The notes beneath the pieces were generated by a model. It was given only the letters and a program-made list of their open reading frames with translations, was not told where the DNA came from and did not search any database. A program made the position numbers and the translations under genes. Shown in pieces: positions 55,995 through 64,000 of a stretch of 64,000 nucleotides of DNA. The stretch is taken from positions 29,136-93,135 of the IMG/VR virus record IMGVR_UViG_3300021164_001175; one strand, given 5' to 3'. How positions within the stretch are numbered: position 1 is the stretch's first letter; the number at the start of each line of letters is the position of its first letter. The stretch is from a virus. Lineage: Duplodnaviria > Caudoviricetes.

Positions 55995-56528
55995 GTGGAC
56001 TTACACCATGCAGTTGCCAGTTTGGGCAAAGCCGTCACAGAATTAAATGAGTTAATTGAAAAAGAATTCTCTGATTCACCAGACATGGAACCAAAAATGT
56101 TTAACGAGTATGCCGAGGCGCTGATTGAACTTCATTCAGTCAAGGCAGAACTGAAGGTTGTTTATGATTCCTTCGCATGGAAAATCCAACCACGGATTGA
56201 CGACTACGAACCACTCACACTGGGTAACGGACTTATTGAAAAGAGTTACAACACGCGTCGCACTGGTTGGCAGCACAAGGATTTGGCCAACGCAGTCGCT
56301 CAACGGATTTCTTCAATGGCCATTGATATGGATACTGGAGAAGTAAAAACAAGCACAGAAGAAATGATTACAAAACTGCTTGACTACATTCAGCCAAACT
56401 ACTGGAAAGTCGGGGAGTTAAGAAAGATTGGTTTAAACGCAGACAACTATTGCGAAACTGGTGATACAAGAATAAGTCTTATTATCCGAAAGGGAAAGCA
56501 GGAAGAATCAAATGACTACGACGAATAA
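55995..56528 (+). CDS. hypothetical protein (recombination block)
   Basis: AAGGAG RBS. Confidence 0.7.
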   Translation: MDLHHAVASLGKAVTELNELIEKEFSDSPDMEPKMFNEYAEALIELHSVKAELKVVYDSFAWKIQPRIDDYEPLTLGNGLIEKSYNTRRTGWQHKDLANAVAQRISSMAIDMDTGEVKTSTEEMITKLLDYIQPNYWKVGELRKIGLNADNYCETGDTRISLIIRKGKQEESNDYDE

Positions 56529-57150
56529 CACATACCAAAACCTATCCGAACCATTTCCACAGGAGATGGAGCGCACCCTAAACAAAGGTGGGGCAAGCCT
56601 TACATACATCCCCGTTAGCGAAGTCCTCAACAGGATGAACAAAGTCCTCGGTGTCGAGGAGTGGTCGTTCTCAATCAAGAAGTGGGAACAACTCGGAACC
56701 TCAATCGTTGCTCATGTTGTAGTCAATGCAAACATCAACGGGAAAGTTGTTTCACGTGATGGTGTTGGTGGGCAGAAGATTAAAATCAACAAGCAGGGCG
56801 AGCCAGTAGACATTGGCGATGAAGTCAAGGGTGCTGTTTCCGATGCTTTGAAAAAAGCAGTACAGACCCTTGGTGTTGGTCTTTATCTTGCCCGTAGTGA
56901 AGAAGCAATGGAGATTGAACAAGTGATGGATGCTCCTGCACCGTCAGCGGTTGAGGTAGAGAACTTCAGCAAACTTGTTGGTATCACGAAGGCATTCTCT
57001 GATGAGCAAAAGCTCACATTGAACCAGCGATGGGTAAAAATTGCTGGCGATACACCAAAGCCACGCAAGGCTGGAGATGTATCTTCCGACCTACTTGAAC
57101 AACTACTCACCGAAGCAGTTTCCGTATCGTTTAATGCAACTGCCATCTAA
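56512..57150 (+). CDS. Rad52/Sak-like single-strand annealing protein
   Basis: LTYIPVSEVLNRMNKVLG..W, KGAVSDALKKA..LGVGLYL. Confidence 0.88.
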   Translation: MTTTNNTYQNLSEPFPQEMERTLNKGGASLTYIPVSEVLNRMNKVLGVEEWSFSIKKWEQLGTSIVAHVVVNANINGKVVSRDGVGGQKIKINKQGEPVDIGDEVKGAVSDALKKAVQTLGVGLYLARSEEAMEIEQVMDAPAPSAVEVENFSKLVGITKAFSDEQKLTLNQRWVKIAGDTPKPRKAGDVSSDLLEQLLTEAVSVSFNATAI

Positions 57151-57952
57151 CGATGGAGGGGTAATAGTCCCTCCTCCGTATCTTTCGGCATCATCAATTG
57201 CAACATGGAAGCAATGTCCACTTAGGTACAAACTAAGTCGCATTGACAAAGTCCCAGAGGGCACTAGCGAAGCTTTGTTGATGGGCTCGTTCGTACACGA
57301 GGTTCTTGAACACTTGTACAAGCAACCTGCCGCCGAAAGAACACTGCTCAATGCAAAACAAATTTCTTCTTATATTTGGTCTGCAAATAACTGGCAACAG
57401 CAAGTTGAGCAAATCGTCCATACGGAGCAGGGCATAAGACAGCTCAGATGGAACTCTTGGTGGTGTATTGAAAACCTTTGGATAATTGAAGACCCAATGC
57501 ACATTGAGCCGAGTGGAGTTGAGAACGAGGTCGGTGGCGAGATTGCTACTGGTGTTGTTCTTAAGGGTTTTATTGACCGCTATTCAGTTTCCGAAAACGG
57601 TGGTTTGAAAATCTCTGACTACAAAACCGGCAAAGCCCCAAAAATGAAAAAGTGGCTTGAGGAAAAATGGTATCAACTTTCAATTTATGCAATGTTGCTT
57701 GGTGAGGAATTACAGAAACCAATTGACGAACTTGAATTGATATTCCTCAAAGAGGCTATAAAATTTACACACAAGCCAACGCCGGAAGACATCGAAGAAG
57801 TCAAGCAAGACATCATAAAAACACATAAAGAGATTACTGAAGCATGTGCTAGTGCGGAGTTTGAAACCAAGGTTGGAAAACTCTGCGACTGGTGCTCGTA
57901 TCAGGGAATATGCCCAGCATGGGTTGGGAAGAAGAGAGGCAAGAGATGGTAA
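57134..57952 (+). CDS. RecB/Cas4-like PD-(D/E)XK exonuclease
   Basis: LSASSI..CP, GSFVHEVLE, GFIDR, DYKTGK, QLSIYA, CDWCSYQGIC. Confidence 0.9.
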   Translation: MQLPSNDGGVIVPPPYLSASSIATWKQCPLRYKLSRIDKVPEGTSEALLMGSFVHEVLEHLYKQPAAERTLLNAKQISSYIWSANNWQQQVEQIVHTEQGIRQLRWNSWWCIENLWIIEDPMHIEPSGVENEVGGEIATGVVLKGFIDRYSVSENGGLKISDYKTGKAPKMKKWLEEKWYQLSIYAMLLGEELQKPIDELELIFLKEAIKFTHKPTPEDIEEVKQDIIKTHKEITEACASAEFETKVGKLCDWCSYQGICPAWVGKKRGKRW

Positions 57953-58455
57953 TTGATAACGACACATTTGCGAAAATGGTTGCAGAGGAAGTTAAGAACA
58001 AACTCTCCCCATCACAAAGAAACACCCTCTTGGAGCAACATAACTGGGATAGGTGGCAGAGTGCATTGGTTGCTCTTGCAGACAACCTCAACAATCAAAT
58101 TATGTCAATTGAGGCCGACTCCGAAGCAGATACCAATAGGTATTCGTCTTTCGGGAATGATGGCTCAAAGTTGATTGAGGCATCTGAAACTGCATACACC
58201 AATCGCAAGAGAAAAATTGAACGGTTCAAATTTCATGTTGAGCGACGTCTTGATGATGTAACAAAGATGATTGAAACTGGAGCGGTTACCGAGAGCAATG
58301 GATGGGAAGAGGTTTCGTTCTATCGGAGAGCCATTGTTCAGCATCGTTTGATGCTCCAAGAATATGACCTTGAAGAAACCTCAATTGATAGAGCACTTTG
58401 GGCCGCACTGGACAAGAGGTGGGAATTTGACAAAGTTGATTTGTCGTCAATATGA
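57946..58455 (+). CDS. hypothetical coiled-coil protein
   Basis: ATG 57946 with GAGG upstream. Confidence 0.7.
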   Translation: MVIDNDTFAKMVAEEVKNKLSPSQRNTLLEQHNWDRWQSALVALADNLNNQIMSIEADSEADTNRYSSFGNDGSKLIEASETAYTNRKRKIERFKFHVERRLDDVTKMIETGAVTESNGWEEVSFYRRAIVQHRLMLQEYDLEETSIDRALWAALDKRWEFDKVDLSSI

Positions 58456-58757
58456 TTCGGAAGCGAAGTGCAAAAAAGGAAGCAGAATACAAACTCCGTA
58501 GACCTTTTGTTGAAGAGATACTAACGAAATATCCAGCATGTCAAGCCTGTCCGGTATTTGCAGAACATGACGAAAAGAAAACCTATGTGAGAAACCGCTC
58601 GACCGATGTACATGAATTGATTCGTCGTTCACAGGGTGGCTCAATACTTGACCCAGATAATGTTCTGGCTGTCTGTAGACCGTGCCATACAAGAATCGGT
58701 AATTATCCACAACTTGCTTTTGACCTTGGTTTGGCGAAGCATGGGTGGGAGCGGTGA
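58452..58757 (+). CDS. HNH endonuclease
   Basis: CQAC..DVHE..RSQGGS..NVLAVCRPCH. Confidence 0.85.
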   Translation: MIRKRSAKKEAEYKLRRPFVEEILTKYPACQACPVFAEHDEKKTYVRNRSTDVHELIRRSQGGSILDPDNVLAVCRPCHTRIGNYPQLAFDLGLAKHGWER

Positions 58758-58819
58758 TATATCTTAAACTTTTTTAATACTTGCATTAATATATTTTTCA
58801 CTAAATGTAAACTGGAATT

Positions 58820-58876
58820 CCTTAGGACCGTTATAGGTGCGAAAGTCGGGTGGGGAGACTCGCTCGGCTTTTGCAT
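58820..58876 (+). ncRNA. candidate small structured RNA or attenuator
   Basis: TAAACT -10 at 58808; 17-bp stem with several G-U pairs and a GAGA tetraloop. Confidence 0.4.
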
Positions 58877-58898
58877 GTTAACCGTTATGCTCTAGTTG

Positions 58899-59423
58899 AT
58901 GAAAATCCTTGCGCTTGACCTCTCGCTTACCTCCACTGGGTATTGCCATGATGGTCAAACCGGAGTCATTGCACTCAAGACGACTGGTGCGGAGAGACTT
59001 TCTCAGATTAAAAAAGAAGTTGAGTCACTTGCGCTCAAGTTTTCTATCAATGGCGTTGTCATGGAGGGTTATTCATTTGCTTCCCGACACTCCCAAGCCC
59101 ACTCAATAGGGGAACTTGGTGGGGTTATTAGGCTTTTACTCTGGGAATCAGGAATCCCATACGTTCTCGTCCCACCCACTTGCCGTGCAAAATTCGCAAC
59201 AGGGAAGGGTAATGCATCCAAGAATGAGGTTGTTTCTGCAGTTTCTGCCAGAACCGGAATCGTATGGAGCAACCCAGGTGCCGACGACAAATGCGATGCT
59301 TGGATTCTTGACGAAATGGTTAAAACTAATTTTGGATTGAGCGAGATTGATTGGCCGCAAGTGAATAAAGATGCATTAAAGACTGTAGATTGGTCACCAC
59401 TCGAATTACTACGAAAGGACTAA
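58899..59423 (+). CDS. ruvC: RuvC-like Holliday junction resolvase
   Basis: LALDLSLTSTG, VMEGYS, GELGGVIR, ATGKGNASK, DKCDA. Confidence 0.9.
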   Translation: MKILALDLSLTSTGYCHDGQTGVIALKTTGAERLSQIKKEVESLALKFSINGVVMEGYSFASRHSQAHSIGELGGVIRLLLWESGIPYVLVPPTCRAKFATGKGNASKNEVVSAVSARTGIVWSNPGADDKCDAWILDEMVKTNFGLSEIDWPQVNKDALKTVDWSPLELLRKD

Positions 59424-59428
59424 CCGAC

Positions 59429-59764
59429 TTGAGAAGTTCACCAATCAGTCAGGTTGAAATTGAAGAAGAATTATTGCGCCTTCTTGAATTATTAGAAGAA
59501 CACACCGAGGCATTTGAAACACTTGCTGAAGACAATGCAAAAAAAGAAGCAAGGATGAAGGCTGAATGGGCAAAGGAATATCTTTCAGCCAAAGGCTCAA
59601 TCAAGGAGCGCGAAGCTTGGGCGGACTACAAGCTTGCTGACCAAGAATTTGAAGCAAAAGTCGCAGAAGCATTGGTTAAAGCCAAGAGAGAAAAACTACT
59701 TTCGCTTCGCACATCAATTGATGCATTGCGCACCCTGAATGCCAATGTGAGGAGTCAGGTGTGA
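59429..59764 (+). CDS. coiled-coil protein (possibly UvsY-like)
   Basis: Helical heptads, SIKEREAWA; TTG start after AAGGA; start uncertain. Confidence 0.6.
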   Translation: MRSSPISQVEIEEELLRLLELLEEHTEAFETLAEDNAKKEARMKAEWAKEYLSAKGSIKEREAWADYKLADQEFEAKVAEALVKAKREKLLSLRTSIDALRTLNANVRSQV

Positions 59765-60522
59765 GTTACATTCATAAATCACTCCAAGGTTCCGCCGTCA
59801 ACATTGACACTCTTGTCCACTTGGAGAACAACCCAAGACGTGGCGATGTTGATGCAATCATGTCTTCATATAGGGAGTTTGGGCAAATGAAGCCAATCGT
59901 TGCTCGCAAGAATGATGATGGAACAGCAACCGTAATTGCTGGCAACCACCAACTTGAGGCTGCCATTCGTCTTGGTTGGAAGGAGATTGCATGCGTCTAC
60001 ATTGACGGCGATGAGGCAAGGGCTATTGCTTATGCGATTGCCGACAACAGAACAATGGAACTTGGAAAAACAGATGAGAGAATCTTGTCTGAACTTCTTC
60101 TGCAAATTAATGATGAGTATTCAGACTTAATTGATGACCTCGGATGGGATGAATTTGAGATTGCCGCTATTGAAGAGTTTTCAAACATAGAGGAAAGCGA
60201 ACTAGCAACCAGCACATCATTCACTCCTCCTGTCATGAATCAAACTCCGGTTTCCCGGTTAGTAAAAGAGTTAAGAGAAGACGGCGAACTACATGCAAAC
60301 GATGATGTTGACCATAGCGAATTAGCTATAAAGGGAAGCACTGCGGCAACTGGTTCAAAGTCGGCAAATGCGATAGTCCAATACACAATCGTCTTTGACT
60401 CAGTCCAACAGCAGTCACGCTGGTATGACTTTATTAGGTGGCTCCGAAGCAATCCAAGTATTGATGGGAACACCACTTCCGAAAGACTGATGAACTTTAT
60501 TGACGAGCATTGCGAGATATAG
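59761..60522 (+). CDS. ParB/Srx-like domain protein
   Basis: NPRRGDV..FGQMKPIV..IAGNHQLEAA..LGW..IADNR. Confidence 0.88.
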   Translation: MSYIHKSLQGSAVNIDTLVHLENNPRRGDVDAIMSSYREFGQMKPIVARKNDDGTATVIAGNHQLEAAIRLGWKEIACVYIDGDEARAIAYAIADNRTMELGKTDERILSELLLQINDEYSDLIDDLGWDEFEIAAIEEFSNIEESELATSTSFTPPVMNQTPVSRLVKELREDGELHANDDVDHSELAIKGSTAATGSKSANAIVQYTIVFDSVQQQSRWYDFIRWLRSNPSIDGNTTSERLMNFIDEHCEI

Positions 60523-60529
60523 GAATTTT

Positions 60530-60685
60530 GTGAGTGAAACAGATAAAGATTTTCGTATAGCAGAGCTTATTTATGAATCTGCTTACCACCAATTAAAGGC
60601 AAATCGCTTGGGTCGAGAAGTTGTAGAACTTAAAAAAGAAATTTTAAGACTTGAAGACGAAATAGAAAAATTAAAAACAAACTAG
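60530..60685 (+). CDS. small coiled-coil protein
   Basis: GTG after AGGA. Confidence 0.5.
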   Translation: MSETDKDFRIAELIYESAYHQLKANRLGREVVELKKEILRLEDEIEKLKTN

Positions 60686-60705
60686 AAATAAAGATTGGGG
60701 ACAAG

Positions 60706-60987
60706 GTGTCGCAAAAGGGAACAATTGGACAAATTACTAGAGCCGGGAAAACAGAAGATTGTGTTTATGTAATCTGGCAGACACGAGACCCAGTTAATAC
60801 ATGGTATGTAAATATCCAAGTCAATGGAAAGCTTACGAGATGCAGGCTCCTGTCATTGATTGACAGAAGACCACATGAGATAAACAATGGATTCACCCAA
60901 GATGCATGGTCGTTTGAAATTATTGACGATAAAACTTTCTACAAAATCGCCGGTGGTGGCTTACCAATTCCACCACGAGACCTATAA
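60706..60987 (+). CDS. hypothetical protein
   Basis: In operon. Confidence 0.55.
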   Translation: MSQKGTIGQITRAGKTEDCVYVIWQTRDPVNTWYVNIQVNGKLTRCRLLSLIDRRPHEINNGFTQDAWSFEIIDDKTFYKIAGGGLPIPPRDL

Positions 60988-61004
60988 ATAGACAGGAGGG
61001 GCAA

Positions 61005-61277
61005 ATGTGGTGGAGTCCTTGGGCACTTCTTGTTGACCTTGATAGTGTAAAAATTGATGAAAAAATTAAACTAAAAGCAACTAAGTTGCGTGAAGAGTGC
61101 AAATCATTATTAAATCAAAGTAAAGCAGTTACTGATAAATGGAAGATAATCAATAATACAGTTGTCATTTTGCAAACTGACAAAATTAAAAATGACGAAA
61201 TTATGGTTCAGTATAAAAAAACCATGTTGAAACTGCAAAAACTCTTAAGTCCATGGCATGGAAAGCTAAGCCGATAA
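61005..61277 (+). CDS. hypothetical protein
   Basis: AGGAGG RBS. Confidence 0.6.
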   Translation: MWWSPWALLVDLDSVKIDEKIKLKATKLREECKSLLNQSKAVTDKWKIINNTVVILQTDKIKNDEIMVQYKKTMLKLQKLLSPWHGKLSR

Positions 61278-61280
61278 ATC

Positions 61281-62420
61281 ATGACTAGACAACGATTATT
61301 TTTAGATATGAGTTGTGTTGATGCCGCCCGTGCACGAATAAGACATGTTTACGACACATTTGACACTGTTTGTATTCAGTTCTCTGGTGGCAAAGACTCA
61401 ACTGCAGTTCTGTATCTAGCGAAAGAGATACATGAGGAACGTGGGCTTGGTCCAGTAAAGGTTATTTTCCGTGATGAGGAAATGGTCAGTCCATTGGTCA
61501 TTGATTATGTTATGAAGATTCGTGACTACGACTGGGTTGACATGGAATGGTATTGCCTGCCATATGGGGCGGAGGTTTGGATTCTTGGTCGAAGAGAATC
61601 AGCAATCCTTTGGAGCCAACGACGCAAAGACCTTGGCGAGTGGGTCAGACCAATGCCAGATTTTGCTATCAATGCAACCAGTTTTGGTTTGACACACGAA
61701 ACCGCTTTGCCAGAATCAATTGACTACTACACGATGCAGGGGAAACCTGGAAGGGTCGCCTTCATTACTGGAGTTCGGGCAAATGAATCCATGATTCGTT
61801 ACCGTTCGTGTGTACAGAAGTTGCATGAGAATTACATTGTCTCCCCATACAAAATGAAAAAAGGGATTCCACTCAAGTTTGCAAAAATAATCTATGACTG
61901 GCAAATGGATGATGTTCTTAAATTCATAACCGAAGAACATGGTGCAGAGTACTGCGAGTACTACGATGTTGCAGCGATGACCGGAAGTAACACCCGAGTC
62001 GGCATTCCGCTTCACTCTGTGGCAATACGAAGAATTGGTGACGTTATTGCAACGGAGCCTGGGTTCTATGACAGGTTGGTTGAGGTGTACCCAAGAATTG
62101 ATTCTCAGAGGCGAATGTGGCCAGACTTTGATATTGAAGCCCTCATTGCACTTTATGCACAAGATGGATTTGATGGAGCAGGCAAGTTTATTGACGAGTA
62201 TATTATTGGTCCAACCATGCAGAGAAGAGCTCGGGTGTATGTTTCAAAGTTCCGCACGAAACACATGCAAGACCCATTTTCCTACCCAATCAACTGGCTG
62301 ATTCGGAATCTTCTTCTCAACGAAATCAATGTCACATCGGCATCGCCGATTGGCCCAGGAACAAAAGCCCATGCTGTTCGCAGCACCGAAATAGTAGAGG
62401 TGGTATTAGATGAAAGTTGA
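61281..62420 (+). CDS. PAPS-reductase-family protein (IbrA-like)
   Basis: FSGGKDS PP-loop, FRDEE, ITGVRANES..RY, IYDW..DV. Confidence 0.88.
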   Translation: MTRQRLFLDMSCVDAARARIRHVYDTFDTVCIQFSGGKDSTAVLYLAKEIHEERGLGPVKVIFRDEEMVSPLVIDYVMKIRDYDWVDMEWYCLPYGAEVWILGRRESAILWSQRRKDLGEWVRPMPDFAINATSFGLTHETALPESIDYYTMQGKPGRVAFITGVRANESMIRYRSCVQKLHENYIVSPYKMKKGIPLKFAKIIYDWQMDDVLKFITEEHGAEYCEYYDVAAMTGSNTRVGIPLHSVAIRRIGDVIATEPGFYDRLVEVYPRIDSQRRMWPDFDIEALIALYAQDGFDGAGKFIDEYIIGPTMQRRARVYVSKFRTKHMQDPFSYPINWLIRNLLLNEINVTSASPIGPGTKAHAVRSTEIVEVVLDES

Positions 62421-62955
62421 AATGGTAAATGTCGGAGAACTCAAGATGGCAGAATGGGCAGCAACCCACATCCTTAGACCAGACCTCCTTACTCTTGCAG
62501 TTTCTCTTGGTGACTACGGATTTATTCAGCCGATTATCGTGAGAAAAGCAACAAATGAGATTATTGATGGAAATCAGAGATTCCTCCTTGCCACCAGCAA
62601 CCCCCACATTAAAGAAAAGGTCGGTCAAGAGATTCCGGTTCATTATGTTGACTGCTCATCCACCCAAGCAATGATGATGCACCTTCAACTCAATCGTGGG
62701 AGAGGTGTTCAACAGGTTCGTCGAGTATCAAGCATTATCCGCAAGTTGTCAATATCAAAGGCTTATTCAACCAAAGACTTTGCAAGACTGCTATCAATGA
62801 GGGTTGACGAACTTGAACTCCTTTTGGATGGAACACTTATCAAAATGAGGAAAATCCCACAACACACATATTCTCGGGCATGGGTTCCGATTGAGGTTCC
62901 CGCCGGAGAAGAGACCCCTGTATCCATTGAAAGACCGCCAAATCCAGATAGATAG
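62410..62955 (+). CDS. ParB-like protein (IbrB-like)
   Basis: GFIQPIIV, IIDGNQR, LNRGRG, YSRAW. Confidence 0.85.
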   Translation: MKVEMVNVGELKMAEWAATHILRPDLLTLAVSLGDYGFIQPIIVRKATNEIIDGNQRFLLATSNPHIKEKVGQEIPVHYVDCSSTQAMMMHLQLNRGRGVQQVRRVSSIIRKLSISKAYSTKDFARLLSMRVDELELLLDGTLIKMRKIPQHTYSRAWVPIEVPAGEETPVSIERPPNPDR

Positions 62956-63018
62956 TTCTGGAGGTATCTAATAGTGGTAAAATCTGAACTGTAAATATTC
63001 ACAGTTTGGAGAAGGTTC

Positions 63019-63210
63019 ATGCCTACACCCGGAATGGGCGGAGAAGAAGGATTCAGTCTTACGCGCCGAATTGGCCGTGCCCTTGGCATTGGCAGAAAAG
63101 GCAGGCTTCGTGATGCTGTTCGTGACTTCCGCAAACCAAGACCCAAGGCTCGTAGTCGACGTGGTGACTTGAGACGTGGCGTAAAAGAAGTTAGAACACT
63201 CGGCAGGTAA
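63019..63210 (+). CDS. small Arg-rich protein
   Basis: GGAG RBS; very basic. Confidence 0.6.
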   Translation: MPTPGMGGEEGFSLTRRIGRALGIGRKGRLRDAVRDFRKPRPKARSRRGDLRRGVKEVRTLGR

Positions 63211-63224
63211 ACGAAGGAGACCCT

Positions 63225-63869
63225 ATGGCTTTGGTTTCCTTAGCCGAACTGAGGTCCTACATGGATATCAGTTTGACAAATCGTCAGCAAGATGCAGCGG
63301 AGCTAGTCCTTGAGGGTCTACAAAGCGAACTAGAGGCATATCTCAGACGACCAATTGAGATTGAAACTTTCAACGAAGAGTACACATACCCAAGCACGGA
63401 TACTGGAATCCCCATGGATTCTTTCTTTAAGAATTCAAATCCCTATGGTTCGTCTTTTTATAGTTCATCTGTTGGTGATACGACCTACCTTGAACCTCCA
63501 CAAACCATCTATTTAAGAAATTCTCCAGTTGTAACCGTTACTGAAGTTATTTACAAACCATTGATGGGTAATGAGCGAGAACTTGAAGAAGGTGTTGACT
63601 TCCTCATCAGGAGATATGGGATTGATGTATTCAGGGCTTTTGCAAACGACACCATTGAAGTCACCTATACGGCCGGACTCAATGGGGCAGGTATCCCGAT
63701 GTTTAAATTGATGATTCTTCGTGCTGCAACCAGAGAAATGCAGAACATGCACGACGATGTTGTTGGTATCAAAGACCTAGAAGCAAGAAATGTCGCTCCA
63801 ATGCAGACTGGTTTCCTAGAGACAGAACTTATGGCTCTTAAGAAATTCAGGCGGAATCGGATTGCGTAA
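63225..63869 (+). CDS. head-tail connector/adaptor protein
   Basis: LVSLAELRSYM..LEAYLRRPI..LRNSPV..VTYTAG. Confidence 0.8.
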   Translation: MALVSLAELRSYMDISLTNRQQDAAELVLEGLQSELEAYLRRPIEIETFNEEYTYPSTDTGIPMDSFFKNSNPYGSSFYSSSVGDTTYLEPPQTIYLRNSPVVTVTEVIYKPLMGNERELEEGVDFLIRRYGIDVFRAFANDTIEVTYTAGLNGAGIPMFKLMILRAATREMQNMHDDVVGIKDLEARNVAPMQTGFLETELMALKKFRRNRIA

Positions 63870-64000
63870 TGGCTAGGTCCACATACATCCACATTACGGT
63901 GGATGCGAAAAAAGCAATCAAGCGAATGGTTGACATGAAGAGGCGTGGTAAAGACTTCGCCCCAGTGTTCAAGGAAGCTCGTTCTGGTCTTGAGGCGTGG
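63869..64000 (+). CDS. neck/virion morphogenesis protein, 5' fragment
   Basis: TAATG coupling; MARSTYIHITVDAKKAIKRM..DFAPVF; runs off the window. Confidence 0.55.
   Translation, partial: MARSTYIHITVDAKKAIKRMVDMKRRGKDFAPVFKEARSGLEAW

Noticed and set aside
57134-57952. Cas4-like nuclease as evidence of CRISPR-Cas
   Set aside because: It sits beside Sak/Rad52 in a recombination block; no array or other cas genes were seen.
1-64000. tRNA/rRNA genes, integrase, transposase, reverse transcriptase or DGR, alternative genetic code
   Set aside because: None recognised by eye; genes are long and densely packed in the standard code. tRNAscan was not run.

Overview
A 64-kb segment of a large tailed dsDNA phage with an HK97-fold capsid. 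The host is most likely an actinobacterium: there is a WhiB, many leaderless -10 promoters, and a ferredoxin that looks Acidimicrobiia-type. The window has four blocks. (1) Small early genes plus replication genes (HARP-SNF2 helicase, SSB, WhiB, primase-helicase, probable TerS). (2) Auxiliary genes (TauD/CAS-like dioxygenase, ferredoxin, class II RNR, nucleases). (3) A very long minus-strand head operon: portal, a ~3,960-aa prohead-protease fusion, seven further head/cargo genes, major capsid protein. (4) Divergent TerL, a recombination block (Sak/Rad52, RecB-like, HNH, RuvC), ParB/PAPS-reductase genes and the first neck genes. The standout feature is an apparent modular polyprotein cargo system. 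The protease fusion is punctuated by 22 copies of G-[FL]-[AGSR]-S-R-G-like linkers, and an unlinked ~2,050-aa protein by 5 exact GFASRG copies. The motif is conserved as protein, not DNA, and falls at domain borders (a whole ArdC, a WYL+DEDDh unit, three zincins, KTSC blocks, many small acidic modules). Both proteins also share an N-proximal AIDGDxDGxxQDxTxFxRP motif and the same promoter motif. I infer virion-packaged, proteolytically released anti-defence/host-takeover effectors. All family calls come from motif recognition by eye; no searches were run.
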